DNA from: Ptychomitrium polyphyllum | Taxonomy: Eukaryota | DNA length: 64,000 nt | Direction of reading: 5' to 3' | Assembly: GCA_973851085.1 (NCBI GenBank) | Contig: OZ316775.1 | Span: 17,732,001 to 17,796,000, forward strand | Made by a program: the position numbers and the translations under genes | The notes under the pieces: model-generated | Seen by the model: only the letters and a program-made list of their open reading frames with translations | The model's database searches: none | What the model was told of the DNA's origin: nothing | Shown here: one piece after another, positions 53,431-64,000 of the stretch | Layout of the letters: every line of letters starts with the position of its first letter | Position numbering within the stretch: position 1 is the first letter of the stretch

Positions 53431-53615
53431 GGCCTATTCTTCACCAATGCTTTTATGAAAAAATCACCAAGCATCAATTCTATTGTACAATACTTCATGT
53501 CTATCACTCTATCCTCCATCTTCTTTCTTATGAAGTAATGTTGGATGTTGATATGCTTCGTTTGTAAGTGGTGCTTGGAATTCTTAGCAAAAGAAAGACA
53601 TCACTAGTTATCACA
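53431..53615 (-). mobile_element. Ty1/copia RNase H fragment
   Basis: Translates to CDN..LSFAKNSKHHLQTKHINIQHYFIRKK...GDFFIKAL, matching the copia DN.....KN..HH.RTKHIDIRYHFIRE...ADIFTKAL motif. Confidence 0.8.
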
Positions 53616-55255
53616 TGTGAACCAAATACACCTCCACTACTAGAAGGAATATTGATTCACACAATCTTATTTCTATATGCAATTACTTATGTCGTGTTGT
53701 AGTCTAATTGAAAATTGCCTAGTTGACATAATCTCCTAATTGGATAAAATGCTACATATTTAAACTAATATTGATATTGTAGCATCAATTGCAATGTAAT
53801 TCAATAGCATATGGCCAACTATATTCTAAGATTACCTACTACTTATCTAGCCAAGATCTTTCTAGTCTCAACCTTAAAGCCACCGTTTCAATTTTAAGGG
53901 GCAGCAGACTCTCAAGTATTAAATTGGCTGCTGCCGCTGTCTTCGTGGTCCAAGTCTTTAAATCTTAGATTTTTCAAGAAACTAAACTTCAAGCGCCTTT
54001 AGTACAATTAACTTTTATAGCAATTGGACTTATGACTACTAAAATGTGCCTTGCTAAAGTTGAGCTTATAAAACTGCCCAATTAATGGACACCTTCACTT
54101 CAAACTGCCGCCAATTCTTCCATGTTTTTTTCAAATTGAGCGTTTTCTAGCTTATTGGAAAGCTTACAACTCCTTCTATTAACCATTCAAATTTTAGTTC
54201 TTATATTTGCACAATGAAGGACTGACGGCCCAAAATCTAAGCCCTAATTGTTGCTTCTTTATTGCTTCTTTCTTGCTTCAATACTAATTTTCCTTACTAA
54301 ATACCTAATCATTTCCAATTTTGTAATCAACTCTTACTTGCTAAAAACTAGTTGTGTTGGGTACCTCTCAAACCTATTTGAGAAAACTTAATGTTAAATA
54401 CCTAACTTCAAATTCTAATTTTAGACCCTAATTTCAAAACTTAATTTCAACACCTAACTTTCTTTGCTTTTTCAACAAAAACCTTGCGTGCTAAATTAAT
54501 GACGTACTCCTAACTAAACCTTGCTTGGAAAAACTCTCCCTTTTTTTTTTTCCTACTTCCCCTTTATGAAGAACCTCACTACCCTACTCCATTCCTATTG
54601 GGTGCTAAAATTTCTAAGCCACTTGATCCCAATCCATATTTTGACTTACTCCTAAATGTAGCTTGTTAATTTCAATTCAGCCCCTAATCTAAATTTAACT
54701 GATTTTCTAGATTAAATGTAGTTTTTTAACTAAATTTATTCATTATTCTAAATTTAGCTATATTCACATATTTTAGCTACTAGTCTAAAAATAAATGATA
54801 TTCTAAATTCAACTACTTTTTAGATTTTGGCAACTGTTACAAATTTAGTTTCTATTCTAACTTCGGATATTTTCTAAATTTTAGCAGCTAGTCTAAATGT
54901 AGTTAGTATTCTATTTTTAGAAATTATCTTAAATTTAGCTTTGATTCCTAAATTTTAGCTGCTATTTTTAGTTTTAGCTACTATTCCAATCAAAAATAAC
55001 TCTTTACCTAATTACCTCACTTCTTACTTGTTTAATTTTAGGAATTTGTTATTTTTATTAAATTCACTTTATTTATTGGACTTAACCATTTTAGGCCATA
55101 AACATCTACCCAAATTACACTAAGATCTCTTTAAAAATTAACTACACCCTTAATTTGGCCCTTTGGCACTAATTAGATCTAATTCTATCAACAAATATCA
55201 CTTTTTAACAATTTTTAAGAGAAAAAATCATAATATGCTAATTTCATAGCTTACA
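53616..55255. mobile_element. LTR-like 1.64-kb segment
   Basis: TG...CA bounded; starts TGTGAACCAAA like the reverse end of 49862-51451; non-coding; flanks unrelated, no TSD. Confidence 0.4.
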
Positions 55256-55866
55256 CCTTTGCAAACCATGGAAAAACTAGGCTTAGAGATCATGGGGCCT
55301 TCATCATTTGTAATCATCATGGCTAATCAGAGCTCAGAAGCACCATTAGGCAAAATCAAAGATTATAAGGTGAGCATAAGGGAAGTGGATTATCTTCTTA
55401 CTTTCTATGTCATCAAAATGTATTCCAATAAGGAATCATTTGCCTTCTTGCTAGGCAAGCCTTGGTCAAGGATGGCCAATGAAATAGTAAATTAGAAAGG
55501 TGATAGGCCCCACATAGTATATGAACATCCATATACTCCTACCAAGATCTGAATTTAGCCTAGTGTTTTTAATCCTAGCTTAAACAAGGCTTAACCTTTA
55601 AATGATGAAATACCCACTCTTGTAACTAGAGATAAGGTGCAAAAGAAGGTGCACTTTAATGTAACCAATTTACATACCTTAGCACCTTTAGTTGAAACCT
55701 AAAAACCTCCTACAAAATGCCTAGGCATTGGCTTGTATAACTTGCAAGATAACGGCCAGTTTACTGCATGGCTAGTTGAACATCCCACTTTAGATGTAGA
55801 ATGTTCGACCAGCTTTGTAGAGGCAGAACGATTATCAAAAGAAGGAATTAGATGCCCAGACCTAAC
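55256..55866 (+). mobile_element. Gypsy-type aspartic protease region fragment of an older element
   Basis: TMEKLGL...IIMANQS...LGKIKD...FYVI...FLLGKPW is typical of the C-terminal half of retropepsins. Confidence 0.65.
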
Positions 55867-56303
55867 TATGAGGGATACAAGAAATAAGAAGCAAAAACAA
55901 AGTGTTTTCCAAATATTAACTTCTAAAGAATTAATGATTAACAAGAACTTGATACAAAGACTAGAACAAAGGAAGATACAAGATGATCCACAACTTGTGT
56001 TGGCAAGACTAAGGAATACCTTGTCTTGCTTCTTATCTATACTATGACGTTTATATCTCCTACAATACTTCTAAAGAAGCTTCCTACAAGGCTTAAGAAT
56101 GATCAAGAAGTCTAAGGAACCCTCCCAAAAAGTTTCCTAAGACGATGGAACCTTCCTAAGAAGCTTCCAAGGAGTTGGAACCTTCCTTGGAAGTTTCTTA
56201 AGGTAGCGGAACCTTCTTAAGAAGTTTCCTAAAGAGGAAGAGCTTTGGTAAGAACCTTCCTTAAAAGTATTTTTAAAAAATAGAACCTTCTTAGGAAATT
56301 TCC

Positions 56304-59300
56304 TAAGGTGGTGGAACTTTCCTAAGAAGCTTTTTAAGAACATGGAAAGAGTATGGAGACATCTCAAAGTATTCTAAGAAGCTATTATAGTATACTAGAA
56401 GGTTCTAGAAGGTTCTAGAATGTTCTAAGGACTATGTTGCATGATCTGTGTCCGTGCCATCACCTCCCCATTTAGCAACGAGTCCCATGAAGAGCTCTTT
56501 TCTTGGCTTGCTTGTCACATTTCTACAAATTCCAAATTTGTCAAAGGAATGAAGTAGCATACTCTGCTCGTTGTTCTTTGTCTACTAATTCAATTAGTCC
56601 TTGCAAGAAGCGCGGATGGCCACCAGCCAAGACTTCTGTTGTTGAAATGTCCCATCCCAAGATCTGATCTTGATTAAGTCCTTCAAAACATCCTCCAAAC
56701 AAGATCTTGAATCCTTTAGGAGTAACTTTTCCAAATTCTAACAAAATGACTAAAGCGCAAGTATCTGAGACAAGACTAGAATGTAAAGGGCAATTAGCCA
56801 ATATTTCTGTACGAGGTCGTACTCGACGTTGGAATGTCCCTCTCATATTTTGTCTTAGATCCTCCGTTATCGAGGGCTGAGAGAATTAAGTTGATTCAAC
56901 AGATGCTGTAATTGATGAAGGCATGGCCAACTGCTCATCAGGCATATCCATGATAACACAAAGATTTGACATACCAGCTAGAATCTAGAGATGATCTATC
57001 TTGAAAATAATGCTGCATACGATTGGAAGTTTGGATATCTCTCCTCTCTTCTTATACTTGTCTATGAAGGAAAAACTTCTCTATGAAGCTAACATCTACT
57101 GATGACACGTCCTCTATGACCTAGTTTTGGAAGATATCTATAATGAAATTTGCATGCCTTCTCGGATGCATTTGTTAAATTTGTTGAAGGTTCCCATGTT
57201 CGGTCATTGATGCCATATCCTTGCCAATGTATAAAATACTCCACACGCCCGTTCTTGATGCGTGAATCTAAGACCTCTTCCACTTCATATTCGATTTTAT
57301 TATTGATTTCCAGCGGCGGAGGCGGAGGGACAATTCTTTCTAGTATACATGATTTGTTATAGGTGTCCAACAACGATACATAGAATACTGGATGAATTTG
57401 CATGCTTGGTGGTAGCTTTAGGCGATAACCAACTGGATTTATCTGTTTGCTAATTTCAAACGGTCCCAGCCTTTGATAGTCCAACTTTTTTATGGTCTTT
57501 TTGTTTGTATATTTTGTCGTAGGAGCCATATGCTATCTCCAACTTTGAACTTTGGAAGGTCCTTCCAACGGCAATCTATAGGATTTGTAACGATCTTGAG
57601 CTTGTTGTAACTGGAAGGTAATTTCTTGATGGATTTTAGCAAGTTGAGTTGCAAAATCCTCTGTATCAACACTTCCAATATTCTTGACTTGAAATGGATC
57701 TACTTGAAGATAATGGCCATAGTTTGCAAAGAATGGACTTTGAGTTGTTGAAAAATGCATCGTATTATTGTAAGCAAACTCTGCCAAAGGCAAGAGGTCC
57801 ATCCAATTGTTGTGTTGGTAGTTTATGCTACAACGAAGGTATTGCTCCAAAATTTCATTCACACGTTTGATTTGACCATCAGTATGCGGATGGTGTATTG
57901 AAGAAAGGTTGATCTTTACGCGCAACAGCTAAAATAGAGCCTTTCAAAAGTTGGAAATGAACTGCGGCCCTCAATCAGATACAATATCATCTGGTAGTCC
58001 ATGTATGCAGTAGACGTGATTTAAGAACAACTTGGCAATTTCTTCTTCCGTTACTGTCTTGTTGCATGGAATGAAATGTGCCATTTTGGTAAATGGATCC
58101 ACCACTACCAAAATAGAATCCTTAAAATCAGAGTTTAGAATGTCTGTGATAAAATCCATTGAAAAAGACAACCATGGCCCTTTGGCACTGGAAGCGGATG
58201 GATGAGACCATGAGGTTGGTGCCTTGGTACCTTGGCTCTTGCTCAAGTGTCGCATGATCGAATAAAGTCCTTCACGTACTTCCACATTTGTGGCCACTAA
58301 TAGTCTCTAGCAATCAACTCCATTGTTTTATTGAATCCAAAATGTCTTGCTGCTGAAAAATCATGACGTGCTTGAAGGATCTTCAACCGCAAACAGCTTA
58401 GAGGTAGGTACAAAAGTCCTTTATAATAAAATAGGCCCTCTTGGAATTCAAAGTCATCATCGCAATTTGAAGGATCCCCATTATCCTTGAGGTGCTTCCT
58501 TATATTTAAAACAAAGACATCATTTTTCAAAGCCTTCTAAAGTTTGTTAAGATGAGATGTTGTAGTAATAATTGTTGCTTTCAATTGAAGATTTTATAGC
58601 TTCAATAAAATAGTCCTTTGTTTATTCAAAACATTACCTCCAAATTGAGGAGCTAAATAAGATCTTCGAGATAAGACATTTGGCTTACCTAATAGGCTAC
58701 CAGGTTGATAGATAATGACAAAGTCAAATCTTGAAAGCGATACACTCTACCTTGGTTAACAACGATTTAGAACACGCGCACTCATGAAATACTCTAAGTT
58801 CTTGTAGTCTGTGTATATGCTGATGGTATGTTGAGCTCTTTCCAATAAATATCGCCATTCTTCAAACGCATCCACAATTGCAAGTAGTTCTTTATCATGT
58901 ATATCATCGTTGATCTTTGCCACTGAGAACTTCCTTGAACAAAAGGCAAGAGGGTGAAGACTCACGTCTTCATCATATTCTGAGAGTACTAAGCCAAGCG
59001 CAAAATCTAAGGCATCCGCTTGCAAATAAAAAGACTTTGATGGATTTGGATGAATAAGAATTGGAGCCGACGTGAATGACTTCTTAAGACTTTGAAATGC
59101 TTTTTCCGCCTCTTCATCCCAAATGAATTTTTGCTTCCCCGTAAGACGTGTTAATGATGCCGCAATCTTGGAATAATTCTTGATGAATATCTTGTAGAAG
59201 TTTGCAAATCCCAAGAAGCATTGAACATCTCGAATTGATCTTGGCGTACTCCACTCCATGACAGTGCTTATTTTCTTTTCATCCATATGGATTCCTCCTT

Positions 59301-60902
59301 TGGAAATGATGTAGCTTAAAAATTCAACCAAGGACTCATGGAAAAGGCACTTCTCCAATTTGGCATATAATCCTCGCTGGCATAATTTTTCTAAGACCAT
59401 TTGCACATGACATTTGTGGTCTTGTTCATCCTTTGAATATATCAAAATGTCATCTAAGTAGTTGACTACAAAATCGTCCAAATGTTCATCGAAAGATATC
59501 ATTCATCATATGTTGAAGACTGCAGGGGCTTTAATAAGGCCAAAAGGCATGACATTATATTCAAAATGACCGTACCTAGATCGAAAAGCTGTCTTCCATT
59601 TGTCTCCTTCTTTGATGCGTACAAGATTGTAGGCTCTTTTAAGATCAATTTTGGTGAATATCTTTGCTTGGCCAAGTTGTTGTAGGAGTCTTGAGATTAA
59701 TGGTAATGGATAACGATTCGTTTTTGTTACTTTATTGAGGCCTTGATAGTCCATGCACATACGTAATGATCCATCTTTCTTCTTTACAAATAGAATGGGT
59801 GCTCCAGCAAGTAATTTAGAGTGTTGAATGAAATCTTTTCCAAGGTTTTCATCAATATATTCTCTCAAGGCAGCCAACTCAGTTTGTGGTAGGTTATAAA
59901 TAGGTCCAAAAGGTGGTGGGGCTCTTTCTTGCAACTCAATGGTATAATTGTAAGGCCAATGCCTTGGTAATATGTCCGCATTCTCCTTTTCAAATAAGTC
60001 TTTATAATCTTGATATTAACAAGGTGTGTTTTTATTAGTCTCTATTGTAGAGCCGGACATTGGCGTGGCATAAATGGCATAGATTGGTTCATCATTTGCC
60101 GCTCTCATAAATGCCTTAGCTCCAATAAATGATGGTCCAAGATTTCTTGTACCTTGACGTCTTTTCCTTGAGACCACACTTTGTGAGCGCCAATCAATGT
60201 CTGGATTATATAATTCAAACCAAGGAAGACCCAAAACAATAGGATTTGTTTGGCATTGAATGATGTTGAAGACAATCTTAAATGCTTGGTCTCCTAAAAC
60301 AACCTCCAAGGGTTGAATTTCTTCAATAATATTGCCAGACGCAAGAGATCGTCCATCAATAACTTCAACAAGTGCGGGATATTTTTTCTTCACAAGCACC
60401 ATGTGTTGTTTGGTTGCAAAATCCTTATCCATGAAACATGCCGTTGCACCAATATCTAAAAGAGCTCACTAATTATTTCATCATCTAACAATTTAATTTT
60501 GATAGGAAATGTAAAACAAGAGGTAGGGCTTGAAGGTAGTAAGAGACCTTGATTTGATGGTGGTTTCTTTGTGGTGTCCAGTCACATGGTTCCTACTGTA
60601 ATTGAACAACCTTGTTTTCCAACTCTACCATTGTGCTTTGAGCCGGAAAGGCAAATCCTTTGATTTGGCAATCGTGCACTTTATGTCTAGACTTGCCTCA
60701 ATACAAACATAGGTTTTCTCTTCGACGCCTTTTTTTTTCTTCTGGAGTCAAACGTCTAAACTGGGCAGCATCAATTTGTATAGGTTCTGGTCCTTATGGT
60801 CGGTTTTCCGATATTCTTGAAGAAATGGTAGCCATGCTTTGATGTACTGGTTGCCATCCCAAGCCTTGTTTTTGGCGCCTCTCAAATAGTCTATTGTCAC
60901 AT
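56304..60902 (-). repeat. Right arm of the 4.6-kb inverted repeat
   Basis: Reverse complement of 43522-48120; ORF translations almost identical. Confidence 0.96.
56523..57095 (-). pseudogene. Mirror copy of the family-2 extra ORF
   Basis: Contains ORF 56541-56846, identical in translation to 47578-47883. Confidence 0.55.
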
Positions 60903-62524
60903 GCTATTGCTTGAGTGATGAATTCGTTCAATGTTGCTACTCTTGGCATTGTGAGTAGCAAGTCTTTTACGTTCTCTCTTAAACCCCATCATATTTGTGT
61001 GATCAAGGCTTTATCATTTCAATCAAGGTCGCAAGCTAATTGTCAAAACTCTGCAGCATATGTAGCAGCTGAGCGTTGTCCTTGTTGGAGACTCTGAATC
61101 TTTAATTGAAGCACCCTTTGTTGGTCGGTGTCTCCAAAAGTAGATGTCAATGCTTCTATGAAAACATCTAAGTTGTTTAATAATGGTGACTGCTTCTTTA
61201 TTAGTGGTGCAAGCCACGATAGTGCATTGTTTGATAAAAGAGTGGCCACAAATTCGACTTGAGTTGTGCCATTAAGATTGCAAGATTGATGAAAACTAAG
61301 GAAGAGCTTTACTTGTTGAACAAAACCTCTCAATTTTGATTTTGATCCATCGAACTTGTTTGGCATGCTAATCTTTGGCTGAGCATGGGTTCAACGTAAG
61401 CTTTCTTTTCCAATATTACTCTCTTGCAATCGAACAACTCCTTGATATAGGCTTTGAATATCACCATTGGATTCTTTAGCTTGCCAAGTGTGTTGCTCCA
61501 GGTTATTGGTGGTGTTGAAGCAAGTAAATTTTGATCAAACTGTGTTTAATAACTTTTGAAGGTCTGCAATAGTTACAAACCTAATCCTCGATGTTCCAGG
61601 CACGTTATCCATTTCTTAAGATTGTCAAAGACAAGAAGACTATGAGTACTTTCAAAGTAAGGTAATCCTTGACCTTTGAAAGAAATAATCCATGGTTCTA
61701 GAAGGAGAAACCAACTGTATGGTACTAGCTTAGACGAGGGTAATCCGCAACCTCTAAAACATTGTGGAACCTTAAAGAAGATGGATAATCTAAAATCTTC
61801 TTCAAAGAACCGTAGCTCTGACAAAGATAGAGAGTAGTCTTGCCAAATTGTTAGAAACATAAGAAACAAGAAGTAGAAACGAAGCGTTTTCTAAGAATTA
61901 GCTTCCAAAGGATTAATGATTAACAAGAACTTGATACAAAGACTAGAACAAGGCAGGATTCAAGATGATCCACAACTTGTGTTGGCAAGACTAAGGAATA
62001 CCTTGTCTTGCCTCCTATTTATATTATGACCTTTGTAACTCCTAGGATACTTCTAAAGAAACTTTGTACAAGGCTTACGAATGTTGTGGAAGTCTAAAGA
62101 ACCTTCTTAGGAAGTTCCCTAAGATGCTGGAACCTTCCTAAGAAGCTTCCAAGGAGTTGGAACCTTCTTTGGAAGTTTCCTAAGTTAGCGGTACCTTCTT
62201 AGGAAGTTTCCTAAAGAGTTAAAGCCTTGGCAGGAAGTTTTCTAAGGTGGAAGATCCTTCCTTGGAATCTTTCTAAGGTGGAAGATCCTTCCTAAGAAGT
62301 TTCCTAAGATGATGGAATCTTTGCAGGAAGTTTCTTAAGAAGTTACCTAAGATGATAGAGCCTTCCTAGGAAATTTCCTAAGGTGGAGGAACTTTGCTAG
62401 GAAGCTTCCCAAGAACATAAAAAGGCTATGGAGACATTTAAAAGTATTATAAGATGCTATTATAATATACTAGAAGGTTCTAGAATGTTCTAAAGAGTAT
62501 GTTGCATGATCTATGTCCGTAACA

Positions 62525-64000
62525 ACACCTAGTTAACGCCATTCTACTCCAACTATGCACATCATTCAAAGATGGATATGTTACAGCCTCCACAATTTGA
62601 TAATTGAGCAGTAGAGGAACTTGCCACAAGAGTGGCCAAGCTTCAAACAACCATGAAGATTCAACTAGAAGAATTTCATAAACATTACAAAAAGGCAGCA
62701 AATGTAACAAAGAAGGAACAACCTCCATTCCAAGTTGGTGAGACGGTGTGGCTCCTTCGACGCAATATAAGGACCAATAGGCCATGTGACAAGCTGGAAT
62801 ATCGCAGATTGGGACATTTGCAATCAAAAACCAAGTGAATTACGTAGCATATCGTTTAGAACTACCAACATCAATGAAAGTACATCCCATCTTTTACGTT
62901 TCACTATTGGAAACTTATAAAGAATCAAGTATTTTTGGACAAAGGCAGCTGCCACCACCTCTAGTCGAAATCAACAATCATTATGAATTTGAAGTGGAAG
63001 AAGTGCTTGTCTTACGGATAAGACATGGAAAGCTAGAATACTTGGTACATTGGCACAAATATGACATTAGTGAACATACATGGGAGCCATCTAATAATCT
63101 TACCAATTGACTAGTAAAAGTTTGTGAGTTCCATTGATCACATCCATCCAAACCAAAAGTAGCAGTAGAAGGAACAAAGGCTTGGTAAGGTTGCGGAACT
63201 TTCAAGGTTTTTGATGCTTGGATTTTTAAGTAGGAAAAAAAGCAATTCTTATATCATAAGTCTTTAAAGCTTGAGACATGATTTAGAAATTAGTCGTTTG
63301 TATTTTGAAGTTTGTTATAGTTTTTTGAGAATAGCTTGAGATATTAGATATGGACAATCAAGATGTAGATACCATGCCAATGGTATCAATCTAATTAAGT
63401 ACTTCTTATCAACGACCTTGTGATGAAGAACAGATTGGACCAAGGAAATGTTGGAGGATACCAAGCAATAGATCGTTGGTGATTGTCTTGGAAGTAAATT
63501 TGACTTACAAAGGTTATTTAGAATTTGTATTTGAAGGACCTTTTCACAACAAAAATATGGAAGTTCATGCTTGATTCCAAGTAGAAGATGTTAGACACTA
63601 TTGGTGGTTACAAAAACACATGAATCATTTGAATCAAGAAAGGCAATTGGAATATGTTGCAGATACCATGCGACAAATTTTTAACTTTTTACAACTTTGA
63701 GCACTTGTTGCAACATGCTGAAGCTTCCAAAAAAGTTACCTCAACTTAGGAATCTTTGAAGGGAATAATTTAAGGTTGCTTGAGTACAAAGTAATGTAGG
63801 AGAAGCTTCCCAAGAAGTTCCTAGGGCTTGTAATTCTAGTATGTATAGGAGTTGAGGCTGAAGGGATTTTCAATCTTTGACAACGCATCTCTTGTGGCCT
63901 AGTTTAAACCTTCTTGCTTTGTCTTTTGTACCTTCTTGTAGCTTTATACTTCTAATATACTTAGACTTATCTTGTTCTACATTCTCAAATCTTGAAGCCT
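62525..64000 (+). mobile_element. 3' half of a family-3 chromovirus: late integrase, chromodomain, extra ORF, partial 3' LTR (about 63720 to window end)
   Basis: VAYRLELP...VHPIFYVSLL and FEVEEVL...YLVHW...TWEP motifs; 63720-64000 aligns to the reverse complement of LTR 52921-53430. Confidence 0.85.
63214..63700 (+). pseudogene. Extra ORF downstream of the chromodomain (family 3), with stops and one frameshift
   Basis: Manual translation aligns with the family-2 extra ORF. Confidence 0.5.

Larger units (their letters stand above)
55867..62524 (-). mobile_element. Ty3/gypsy chromovirus (family 2), right copy, inverted, defective
   Basis: LTRs 61849-62524 (5') and 55867-56459 (3'); gag-pol 61612-57089; flanking 5-mers do not form a TSD. 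Confidence 0.92.

Overview
Eukaryotic plant DNA, moss-like (Physcomitrium-type gene and TE content; species is inference). Bases ~1-26.5 kb are a gene island: a single-exon LURP-one-related gene, four near-identical ELIP genes in two copies of a 3.65-kb cassette flanking a 9-exon RFC small-subunit gene, and an 8-exon UDP-glucuronate decarboxylase (UXS) gene with a U12-type AT-AC intron. Bases ~26.6-34.3 kb are very AT-rich decayed DNA. Bases 34.3-64 kb are nested LTR retrotransposons: a full-length tRNA-iMet-primed chromovirus with TAGGG target duplication, two inverted copies of a second chromovirus family sharing 4.6-kb near-identical arms, a third chromovirus family split into oppositely oriented halves, a solo LTR, and copia/gypsy fragments. 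Most notable: (1) two chromovirus families carry a homologous unassigned extra ORF after the chromodomain; (2) both show Tf1-type self-priming complementarity with compensatory base changes; (3) swapped host-element halves suggest a TE-mediated inversion of the 8.2-kb spacer; (4) three separate sequence-homogenisation tracts occur in one window. All alignments and difference counts were made by eye.
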